DNA of 32,000 nucleotides, from positions 1,470,001 to 1,502,000 of the forward strand of contig OW818675.1 in the NCBI GenBank assembly GCA_942493095.1, read 5' to 3'. Shown here piece after piece: positions 25,277 through 32,000 of this stretch. Made by a program: the position numbers and the translations under genes. The notes below the pieces were generated by a model. That model worked only from the letters and a program-made list of their open reading frames with translations. It was not told where the DNA came from and made no database searches. Each line of letters begins with the position of its first letter. The first letter of the stretch is position 1. This DNA is from Candidatus Electronema halotolerans. Lineage in GTDB: Bacteria > Desulfobacterota > Desulfobulbia > Desulfobulbales > Desulfobulbaceae.

Positions 25277-26106
25277 CAACGAGGCTGCAGCAGTCGCTCT
25301 TTTTTGCGGATGCCAGGCAGATTGGTCACTTCCGCAGACAGCTCCTCAATCGACTTGCCCTCGGTATGGACAAGCTGAATGCCGTGCTGCATATAGAGCT
25401 GCTCGGCCTGCTGCAATTCCGCCTTGCAGGTGGCAAGCTGGGCATACTTGCTGCCTCGGTAGCGCTCCTCGCGAATGCGATGAAGAAACTGCGGCGTGAC
25501 CGTCAGGCCGACAGCGCGGGCTTTGTTGCGGATGATATCCGCAGGCAGCTCGTAGGCACCCAAATGATCGGCAGTCATGGGAAAATTGGCTGCTTTCAAG
25601 CTCATGTGCGTGGCAATATAGACAGAGACCGGCGTTTTGCCGGTGCGCGACACCCCGACCAAGATGATGTCCGCCTGATCATAGCCCTCGGTCTTTTTGC
25701 CGTCGTCATGATCCAAGGTGTAGCGGATCGCCTCCACCCGTTTTTCGGTCTTGGCATCGTCGCGGTTGCGGTAAAAGCCAGGCTGATGCAGTGCCCTGGC
25801 CTCCAAAATATCTTCGAGCCGGGCAAGAAAGCCGCCGTAGAGGTCAATCATCTCAACTTCTGCCGTGTCAAAGACACGCCGCACTTCAGCCTCCATGATG
25901 GTGCAGAAAATCAGCGGCTGGAGGCCGCCGGACTGCTTCATGATCCGGGCCAAGGCCAGTTCTGCGTCCCGTTTCTCGCGGACAAAGGGTATTTTTTCCT
26001 CATGAAAGCCGATTTCCGGGAACTGGCAGAGCAGGGATTGGCCGATTTCCTCAGCCAGCAGGGCCGTGGAGTCGGAAATATAATATACATCTTTAATATT
26101 CCACAT
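25276..26106 (-). CDS. ppsR: PpsR-type bifunctional kinase/pyrophosphorylase (DUF299 family regulatory protein)
   Basis: Start at ATG 26106 (MWNIKDVYYISDSTALLAEEIG...). The P-loop ADIILVGVSRTGKTPVSVYIA closely matches the PpsR/PDRP family. Confidence 0.85.
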   Translation of the reverse strand: MWNIKDVYYISDSTALLAEEIGQSLLCQFPEIGFHEEKIPFVREKRDAELALARIMKQSGGLQPLIFCTIMEAEVRRVFDTAEVEMIDLYGGFLARLEDILEARALHQPGFYRNRDDAKTEKRVEAIRYTLDHDDGKKTEGYDQADIILVGVSRTGKTPVSVYIATHMSLKAANFPMTADHLGAYELPADIIRNKARAVGLTVTPQFLHRIREERYRGSKYAQLATCKAELQQAEQLYMQHGIQLVHTEGKSIEELSAEVTNLPGIRKKERLLQPR

Positions 26107-26110
26107 AATT

Positions 26111-26377
26111 TCAGGTCCGTTTATGACAAAACAAGCAGCGGTAGGTGGCAGGATGCTCCTTGGGCAGCGGCATTTTTCCCGTGCCATGACATTCGCCGCA
26201 GTGCTTTTCCGCCTCTTTTTTATCTATGGTCAAAAGCTGCTGGTGATGTTGGTCATGGGGAAGATGAGCCGTGGTCTCTGGCGGCGCATTCCAGAGAAAG
26301 AGGAAAATTCCTGCGCAGACCGCGACAAAAAGCAGATTGTACAGCAGAATATTTTTTTTCTTTTTTTCGTCCGCCAT
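26111..26377 (-). CDS. Small membrane-anchored dihaem c-type cytochrome
   Basis: 88 aa. An N-terminal TM helix (ILLYNLLFVAVCAGIFLFLW) and two CxxCH haem-binding motifs (CGECH, CLFCH). Confidence 0.65.
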   Translation of the reverse strand: MADEKKKKNILLYNLLFVAVCAGIFLFLWNAPPETTAHLPHDQHHQQLLTIDKKEAEKHCGECHGTGKMPLPKEHPATYRCLFCHKRT

Positions 26378-26383
26378 GAGCAG

Positions 26384-27430
26384 TCACGAATGTTGAGGAG
26401 CCATTTCCAAGGCCTGAAAATTGAGCAGCCGGACGCGGAGGAGGAGGATGAACAGCTCCATCAGAAGCAGGGAGCAGGCTGGATGGCGGGCAGCAAGGCT
26501 GATGATCCGGCGGTGCTGCTGCTGGCGGCGGAGCAGAGCAATCAATGTGCTGTCATTGCTCTGCGGATCGAGAATCAGGCGGGCGGCGGCCTCGCCGGAA
26601 ATGACTGCCGAATAAATGCCCTCGCCAGTCAGTCCGGAGGCCAGTCCAGCGGCATCGCCGATCAGCCACGTTGCCCCGAACTGATGCCCCCGGTAATCGT
26701 AATTGATCAGGGCGGCCTGACAGGGCAGCTCCTCAAGCTGGCGGAAGCCGTGTTTTTCAGCCCAGCGAATCAGGCTGCGCTTCAATCGGCCTGCGGACAT
26801 CCGGCCCTGCGGGCTGTACGCGCCCACAGACACCGTGTGCTTATGCGGGAATATCCATGCGTAGCCGCAGCCGAAACTCTTGGTGCTGAGATGCCACTCC
26901 ATCTCTGCCGCCGTGCCTGGTACCTGAAAATTGATGCCAATGCCCCGCGCCTCCGCAGGCAGATCAAGATTGTGCCGGACAAGGGAATTGGCTCCGTCCG
27001 CGCCGACAAGCTGCGAGCAGATGAACGTTTTGCTTGCCCCGTCACAGGAGGCTGTCACTCGCAAACCATTGACCGCATTGACTTTGCAGTTGGTGATGAT
27101 TTCCGCCCCTGCCTGCCGCGCCTGCGCCGCCATCCATTGCCCCAGAACCTTGCGGCTGACTGTGGCGACAATTGGATTTTCTTCCTGCACCACGGTCTGC
27201 TGGCAGGAGGAAAAAATATGCTGTTCACAGAAGCTCCGCTCGATCAGTTCTTCCGGCAGCAGCCGGAGCAGGCCGTTCCAAGTGATGCCGCCCGCGCAGA
27301 CCTTAGGGCCGATTTCTGGCCGCCGCTCCAGCACCAGAACTTTGCGGCCCTGTTCAGCCAGGACCTTGGCGCAGGCCAAGCCGCCCGGCCCGGCTCCGAT
27401 AATAAGAATGTCTGTGCTGATCGAGGACAT
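26384..27430 (-). CDS. FAD-dependent oxidoreductase, geranylgeranyl-reductase-like
   Basis: Dinucleotide fold DILIIGAGPGGLACAKVLAEQGRKVLVLER, and a GDAAG motif in LIGDAAGLASGLTGEGI. 348 aa. Confidence 0.8.
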   Translation of the reverse strand: MSSISTDILIIGAGPGGLACAKVLAEQGRKVLVLERRPEIGPKVCAGGITWNGLLRLLPEELIERSFCEQHIFSSCQQTVVQEENPIVATVSRKVLGQWMAAQARQAGAEIITNCKVNAVNGLRVTASCDGASKTFICSQLVGADGANSLVRHNLDLPAEARGIGINFQVPGTAAEMEWHLSTKSFGCGYAWIFPHKHTVSVGAYSPQGRMSAGRLKRSLIRWAEKHGFRQLEELPCQAALINYDYRGHQFGATWLIGDAAGLASGLTGEGIYSAVISGEAAARLILDPQSNDSTLIALLRRQQQHRRIISLAARHPACSLLLMELFILLLRVRLLNFQALEMAPQHS

Positions 27431-27534
27431 GACTGGTTTCTTGATTCAAACGGAAAAAACAGCCGCTTCTTTTTACCAGTCAAGATCACGTTCCGCAACT
27501 GCAAGGAAAAAGCGCAGGCCTGTTTTCCGCGCCT

Positions 27535-29253
27535 TCAGCGGACATAGCCTTGCTCCTCCAGATAGAGGAAAATTTCCTGCACCGCCTCTGCCGGGGTCAG
27601 CTTGGAGGTGTCAATGACGATTTCTGGGTTGGCAGGCGGAATGTAGGGATCAGAAATGCCGGTCACGCCCTTGACCAAGCCAGCCCGCGCCTTGGCATAC
27701 AAGCCCTTGCGGTCGCGCTGCTCGCAGACCTCCAGCGGCGTTGCAACATAAACTTCAATGTAGCCGCCGTACCGGCTGATCAGATGCCGGTTCTCCTGCC
27801 GCGACTCCTCATACGGGGCAATGGGCGCGCAGAGGGCAATGCCGCCGTTCTTGGTGATCTCGCTGGCCACATAGCCGATCCGGGTCACATTCAGATTGCG
27901 GTGCTCTTGGGAAAAACTCAACTCTGAGGAAAGATTCTTGCGGACAATGTCGCCGTCCAGCAGGGTGACAGGCCGGTCGCGCAGCTCCATGAACCGCACC
28001 ATCAGGACCTTGGCAATGGTCGATTTGCCAGACCCGGACAGGCCGGTGAGAAAAACTGTGAAGCCCTGTTTGGAGCGGGGCGGAAAGGAGCGGCGCAGTT
28101 CCGCAACCACGCCGGGAAAGGAAAACCATTCAGGAATTTCCAAGCCCCATTCCAGCCGGTGCCGCAGTTCCTTGGAACTGATGCTCCGCACGGTTACCTC
28201 CGTGCCGGTTTCCGCGAGCGGAACATAGCAGGAACGTTCCTCAACATAGCCCATTGCCTGCTCCGGCACCATCTCGATGCCGATTTCCTCGGCCAGCGAG
28301 GCCACTAACTGCTGGGCCGCGCCCAGCGGGTAAAAGGGTTCCATGTCGCAGTCAGCAAAGGGGTCGCCGTGATTCGCCGCAACCATGAAATGGGTGCAGC
28401 CGTAATTGCGGCGGATCAGGGCATGCCAGAGGGCCTCTCTCGGACCAGCATGACGGTCAGCCAAGGGAATGATGCCGAGCTGAATCATGTTGGCTGGAAA
28501 CTGGCGGACAAATTCCTGATAGCAATGAACATGGGTGTAATGCTCCCGATTGCCCGGATGATCCAGGCCCAAGGCGGGCTGGAGCAGGATGGCGCAGCCT
28601 GCCTGCCGGGCGGCGGCCAGTACCATTTCCCGATGGGCGCAGTGCAGATATTTTTTGGTATGAACACCAAGCACTCTGCGCCAGCCCTGCTGGAGAAAGC
28701 GGCGGCTGGTTTCCGCCGGAGTCAGACGCAGTTCCCGGAAATCATAATGAATGGGCAAAGTCAAGCCCTCCACGCAGCCGCCAAGGCACCAGTCCTTGAC
28801 TTGGGTGAACAGGGTCTGCACGCCCGGATGCCGTCTGGCCTCAGCAGTGCCATAGACCGCCTCAGCCTCAGCCTGCTTGTCCCGCTGCCAGATATCTTGG
28901 ACGGTCAGCACGGCTAAGAGAAAGCCTTCATTGTCGTTGAGAGCCACCCGGTCGCCGGGATGCAGTTTGGCGGCAAAAGCCTCGTTCACATCCAGACAAA
29001 TCGGCAGCGGCCAGACCGAATCGTCAGCCAAACGCATTTTCTGGAGAACCGACACATAATCTGCTTGACAAAGAAAGCCATTTAGAGGATAAAAGGCCCG
29101 GTTGAGCAGCCCTTCCAGATCGCAGAGCTGCCGCTGGTTCAAGTCGAGCGAGGGGAGCTGCACGGCTTCGGCCCGCAGCTGTTCAGCCCGGCGGAAATGG
29201 ACCAGCAGGCTTTCTGAATAGGGGGCGGCAAAAGAAAGAACAGGTGAGGTCAC
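27535..29253 (-). CDS. ATP-sulfurylase-like domain fused to APS kinase (Sat/CysC-type), sulfurylase motifs non-canonical
   Basis: GTG start. The N-terminal and central regions align with ATP sulfurylase (…QRQLCDLEGLLNRAFYPLNGF…, …HAGPREALWHALIRRNYGCTHF…). The C-terminal APS kinase has P-loop GLSGSGKST, LLDGD, KGLYAKARAG and GISDPY. Confidence 0.85.
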   Translation of the reverse strand: MTSPVLSFAAPYSESLLVHFRRAEQLRAEAVQLPSLDLNQRQLCDLEGLLNRAFYPLNGFLCQADYVSVLQKMRLADDSVWPLPICLDVNEAFAAKLHPGDRVALNDNEGFLLAVLTVQDIWQRDKQAEAEAVYGTAEARRHPGVQTLFTQVKDWCLGGCVEGLTLPIHYDFRELRLTPAETSRRFLQQGWRRVLGVHTKKYLHCAHREMVLAAARQAGCAILLQPALGLDHPGNREHYTHVHCYQEFVRQFPANMIQLGIIPLADRHAGPREALWHALIRRNYGCTHFMVAANHGDPFADCDMEPFYPLGAAQQLVASLAEEIGIEMVPEQAMGYVEERSCYVPLAETGTEVTVRSISSKELRHRLEWGLEIPEWFSFPGVVAELRRSFPPRSKQGFTVFLTGLSGSGKSTIAKVLMVRFMELRDRPVTLLDGDIVRKNLSSELSFSQEHRNLNVTRIGYVASEITKNGGIALCAPIAPYEESRQENRHLISRYGGYIEVYVATPLEVCEQRDRKGLYAKARAGLVKGVTGISDPYIPPANPEIVIDTSKLTPAEAVQEIFLYLEEQGYVR

Positions 29254-29585
29254 TTTATATTTTTTCTGTGAAAATTAGCTGTTACAGTCTGCGCGGGCAG
29301 AATTGGCAAAAAAAATAGTTTGCGGTTCAGTAAAAAATATTGAACTTTCTTCAAAAATACTGTATGAATTTTAATATAAGGAAGAGGAACGTTTGCTTTG
29401 GAGGAAGCAGACGGATTCGCCCGCTGCATGAAGAGGAGAGAGAGAATGAGTTTCCGCGATGCTGTTCATATCCTGATGCTGAGTCCCATCTATTTTTATC
29501 TGCCAGTGCCGCAGCGTCTGCTGCTGGCAAAGGAATACTGTCAGAGCATCAACAGGTTAGCCTCCACCCTCCGCATCTGAGTCGG

Positions 29586-30389
29586 TCAGTTAAGCTGTGC
29601 CGGGCGGCGGAGCGGCTGGCTCTGCGGCGGTTGCCAGTCAGCCTTCAGCTCGTGCAGTTTGGCGTATTTATACCATGTTCCTTCAAAATTTCCCACTGCA
29701 ATAACAAAGCCGGGCCAGCCGTCAAGAATGCCTTTCTTCACAATATACATCTGAAAAAAGGACCAAAGGCCCCGGCTCAGGGCAGTGAACATGCCCGCGT
29801 TCCGGCCCCGCTGGCAGAGCTTTTCCGCTCCGAGGCTGGAATAGCGGTTGGCCTTGCGGGCCACTTCTTCCAGATTTTTATAGGGAAACTGCCAGATCGG
29901 CTGGCAAAGATACGCGGCAGGCTTGTCTGAGACAATCTCGTATTCCTCATGCACGGGATCGTTGCGGAAGCGCAGCGCGCCCTTGCGGAAGAGCTGCGGC
30001 TGACGGTAGTCTGGCCAGAAGCCGGAATGCCGGATCCAGCGGCCCATGAAAAAGTTGCGCCGGGGAATATAGTAGGCATCCGCCGGGCGGGGCTGGGCAA
30101 TGGCCGCCAAAATTTCATCCCGTGCTTCCGGGGTGCAGCGCTCGTCGGCATCCAAGGAGAAAATCCAGTCGTATGCGCAGGCGGCCATGGCCTGATTGCG
30201 CAGGTCGCCAAAGCCTTTGAAGTCAAGCTGCACCACCCGTGCGCCCAGCGCGGCGGCCATTTCCGCTGTGCCGTCGGTGCTGAAGGAATCAGCTACAACA
30301 ATTTCATCCGCCCAGAGCACAGAATTGACTGCGGCCTGAATCTTGTCCGCCTCGTTCCACGCTATAATGTATGCGGAAATTCTGCTCAT
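29586..30389 (-). CDS. Family 2 glycosyltransferase
   Basis: 267 aa. N-terminal ISAYIIAWNEADKI...VVADSFSTDGT and a DxD-type SLDADE. Its ATG overlaps the upstream ATPase stop (ATGA at 30386-30389). Confidence 0.85.
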   Translation of the reverse strand: MSRISAYIIAWNEADKIQAAVNSVLWADEIVVADSFSTDGTAEMAAALGARVVQLDFKGFGDLRNQAMAACAYDWIFSLDADERCTPEARDEILAAIAQPRPADAYYIPRRNFFMGRWIRHSGFWPDYRQPQLFRKGALRFRNDPVHEEYEIVSDKPAAYLCQPIWQFPYKNLEEVARKANRYSSLGAEKLCQRGRNAGMFTALSRGLWSFFQMYIVKKGILDGWPGFVIAVGNFEGTWYKYAKLHELKADWQPPQSQPLRRPAQLN

Positions 30390-32000
30390 CGCAGCGGCCT
30401 TGGCCCAGGAGGAGCTGGCCGTCTGGCCGCGCCGCCGCCTGCCAGCTGGATGACAATGTTGTCTGTCTTGCGCAGCCGCTTGGCCAGCGTCTTGAAAAGA
30501 TGATTGGATATCTCTGGATATTTTTCCAGCAATTCCTTCAGCTTGTCGCCAGGGTACTTTTTCACCTTGCTCCGGCCCACTGAAATGACTGAGGCGTAGC
30601 GGGGTTCTTGGAGCATGCAGGCCATTTCACCAAAATATTCGCCTGGCTCGGTAATTTCTGCGATTTTTTTGCCCTGCTTGAGCACTGCCACCTTACCGCG
30701 CACCAATTTGTAGAAATTGCGGTCGTCCTGATTGCCCTCCTGAATGATGATATCACCATCCTCATATTCCTCCACCGGCGGACTGACGAGATAGGGCGGC
30801 AGGGTGTCCTGATGGACAACTGTGCTGCCCTCCACCTCATCAAGACTGGTGACTCCCTGAACAGCCTTCAGAATTGCCGCTTGACGCAGGGTGTACATGC
30901 CTGACTGCACGGCGACCTTGCGAAGCTGCTCCTCAGAAACCTGCGCTTGGATGGCTTGCGCAACCTCGGTGGTGACTTCCAGCAGCTCAAAAAAGCCGAC
31001 CCGGCCCTTGTAGCCACGCCCGCTGCAGACCGAACAGCCCTTGGGGCCGTAGAGCTGAAAGCCTTCCTTGTCAATTTGCTCCTCACTGAAACCGATCTCC
31101 AGCAGCCTTTTCCGTTCGACTGTAATCGGCTGCTTGCACTTGGCGCAGAGCCTGCGGCCCAGACGCTGGGCCAGAACCATAGTCAGCGAACCTGCCAGAA
31201 TATACGGAGGAATGCCGATGTCAACCATGCGGCTGACTGTGGCCACTGCGTCGTTGGTGTGCAGGGTGCTGAAGACCAGATGGCCGGTCATGGCCGCTTT
31301 CATGGCAATCTCAGCCGTGCTGATGTCGCGGATCTCGCCGACCATGATGATGTCCGGGTCCTGCCGGAGAAAGGCCTTCAGGGCGGCAGGAAAGGTCATG
31401 CCGACCTCAACGTTGACGTTGACCTGATTGATGCCCTTGAAGTTGAATTCAACCGGGTCCTCGGCAGTGAGGATTTTTATGTCCTCGCTGTTCAAGGAGT
31501 TGAGTGCCGAATACAAGGTGACTGTCTTGCCGGAGCCGGTCGGGCCGGTGACCAAAAGCAGCCCTTGAGGCCGTTCAAGACAGCGTCTGAGGGCGGCAAA
31601 GGTTTCTTCCTCAAAACCGAGCTTGGTCAGGTTGACGTTGAGCGAGCCTTTGTCCAAAATACGGAGGACAATGCCTTCGCCGTGCAGGAGCGGCAAGGTG
31701 GAGACACGAAAGTCAACCGCCTTGTTGCGGCCCATGCGGATGCTGATGCGGCCATCCTGCGGCACCCGCCGCTCAGTGATGTTCAGCCCGGCAAGAATCT
31801 TCATGCGGGCTGAGAGAGCGTTTTTGATGGTCAACGGCAGGTTCATGGCCTTGTACAAGGAACCGTCCTTGCGGTAGCGGACCTGCATGGTCTTTTCAAA
31901 CGGCTCAATATGAATATCGCTGACCCCTTCCTGCACGGCCTTGACCAAGATGCCGTTCACCAATTTGATGATCGGCGCGTCATTGGCTGAGAACTGACCA
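30386..32000 (-). CDS. GspE/PilB-family secretion ATPase with a C-terminal cyclic-nucleotide-binding-like domain (5' end outside window)
   Basis: The frame stays open to the window edge (…GQFSANDAPIIKLVNGILVKAVQEGVSDIHIEP). Walker A GPTGSGKT, Asp box LTAEDPVEF, Walker B DPDIIMVGEIRD, His box TGHLVFSTLHTND, tetra-Cys CAKC…CSVC. An extra ~140 aa follows, with DGDIIIQEGNQDD…GEYFGEMACMLQEPRYASV (about 30449-30811). Confidence 0.85.
   Translation of the reverse strand, partial: GQFSANDAPIIKLVNGILVKAVQEGVSDIHIEPFEKTMQVRYRKDGSLYKAMNLPLTIKNALSARMKILAGLNITERRVPQDGRISIRMGRNKAVDFRVSTLPLLHGEGIVLRILDKGSLNVNLTKLGFEEETFAALRRCLERPQGLLLVTGPTGSGKTVTLYSALNSLNSEDIKILTAEDPVEFNFKGINQVNVNVEVGMTFPAALKAFLRQDPDIIMVGEIRDISTAEIAMKAAMTGHLVFSTLHTNDAVATVSRMVDIGIPPYILAGSLTMVLAQRLGRRLCAKCKQPITVERKRLLEIGFSEEQIDKEGFQLYGPKGCSVCSGRGYKGRVGFFELLEVTTEVAQAIQAQVSEEQLRKVAVQSGMYTLRQAAILKAVQGVTSLDEVEGSTVVHQDTLPPYLVSPPVEEYEDGDIIIQEGNQDDRNFYKLVRGKVAVLKQGKKIAEITEPGEYFGEMACMLQEPRYASVISVGRSKVKKYPGDKLKELLEKYPEISNHLFKTLAKRLRKTDNIVIQLAGGGAARRPAPPGPRPLR

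Noticed and set aside
25264-27547. Long plus-strand ORFs 25264..26379 (371 aa) and 26123..27547 (474 aa)
   Set aside because: They are antisense to the ppsR, cytochrome and flavoprotein genes, all of which carry clear family motifs. They have no motifs of their own and are GC-rich shadow frames.
29446-29580. 44-codon plus-strand ORF with SD GGAG (MSFRDAVHILMLSPIYFYLPVPQRLLLAKEYCQSINRLASTLRI)
   Set aside because: The only evidence is an SD-like (GA)n tract. It has no homology I recognise. It is mentioned under the intergenic-gap finding but not annotated.

Overview
32 kb of bacterial chromosome with about 27 protein-coding genes. I recognised no rRNA, tRNA, CRISPR array or transposase. By eye the DNA is fairly GC-rich, except for a clearly AT-richer patch at about 3.45-6.46 kb (not computed). 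The gene content (two-CW domain protein, small c-type cytochrome, Sat/CysC, Wza/Wzc locus) suggests a Gram-negative organism, possibly Desulfobacterota-like; that taxon is inference only.

Layout, left to right:
- 3' end of an ABC substrate-binding protein gene.
- A sensor histidine kinase, convergent with a tightly overlapped operon: Roadblock/LC7, Cys-rich two-CW protein, CheY receiver.
- An AT-rich island holding an HU-like/DUF4469-like DNA-binding protein gene, a seven-unit 23-bp tandem repeat array (core GCATGGAG), two small orphan genes and apparent gene debris.
- A 1612-aa secreted protein with 15 PKD domains.
- A CPA2 antiporter with a Usp-like tail.
- A small secreted protein.
- A PilT-like ATPase whose His box lacks the distal His, overlapping a 4Fe-4S protein gene.
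- A long minus-strand run: O-antigen-ligase/TPR protein, Wzc-like tyrosine autokinase, Wza-like exporter, OM beta-barrel, secreted Pro/Gly/Ser-tailed protein, dCMP deaminase, lipoprotein hydrolase, PpsR-like kinase, 88-aa dihaem cytochrome c, geranylgeranyl-reductase-like flavoprotein, Sat/CysC fusion with non-canonical sulfurylase motifs, GT2 glycosyltransferase, and a GspE/PilB-family ATPase with a C-terminal cyclic-nucleotide-binding domain (5' end off the window).

Best candidates for something undescribed:
1. The iteron-like 23-bp array next to the HU-like gene.
2. The conservon-like Roadblock/two-CW/receiver/kinase cassette.
3. The polysaccharide-export locus bracketed by two atypical secretion-superfamily ATPases and a probable PAPS-supplying enzyme.

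All protein-family calls come from motif recognition by eye. No database search was run.
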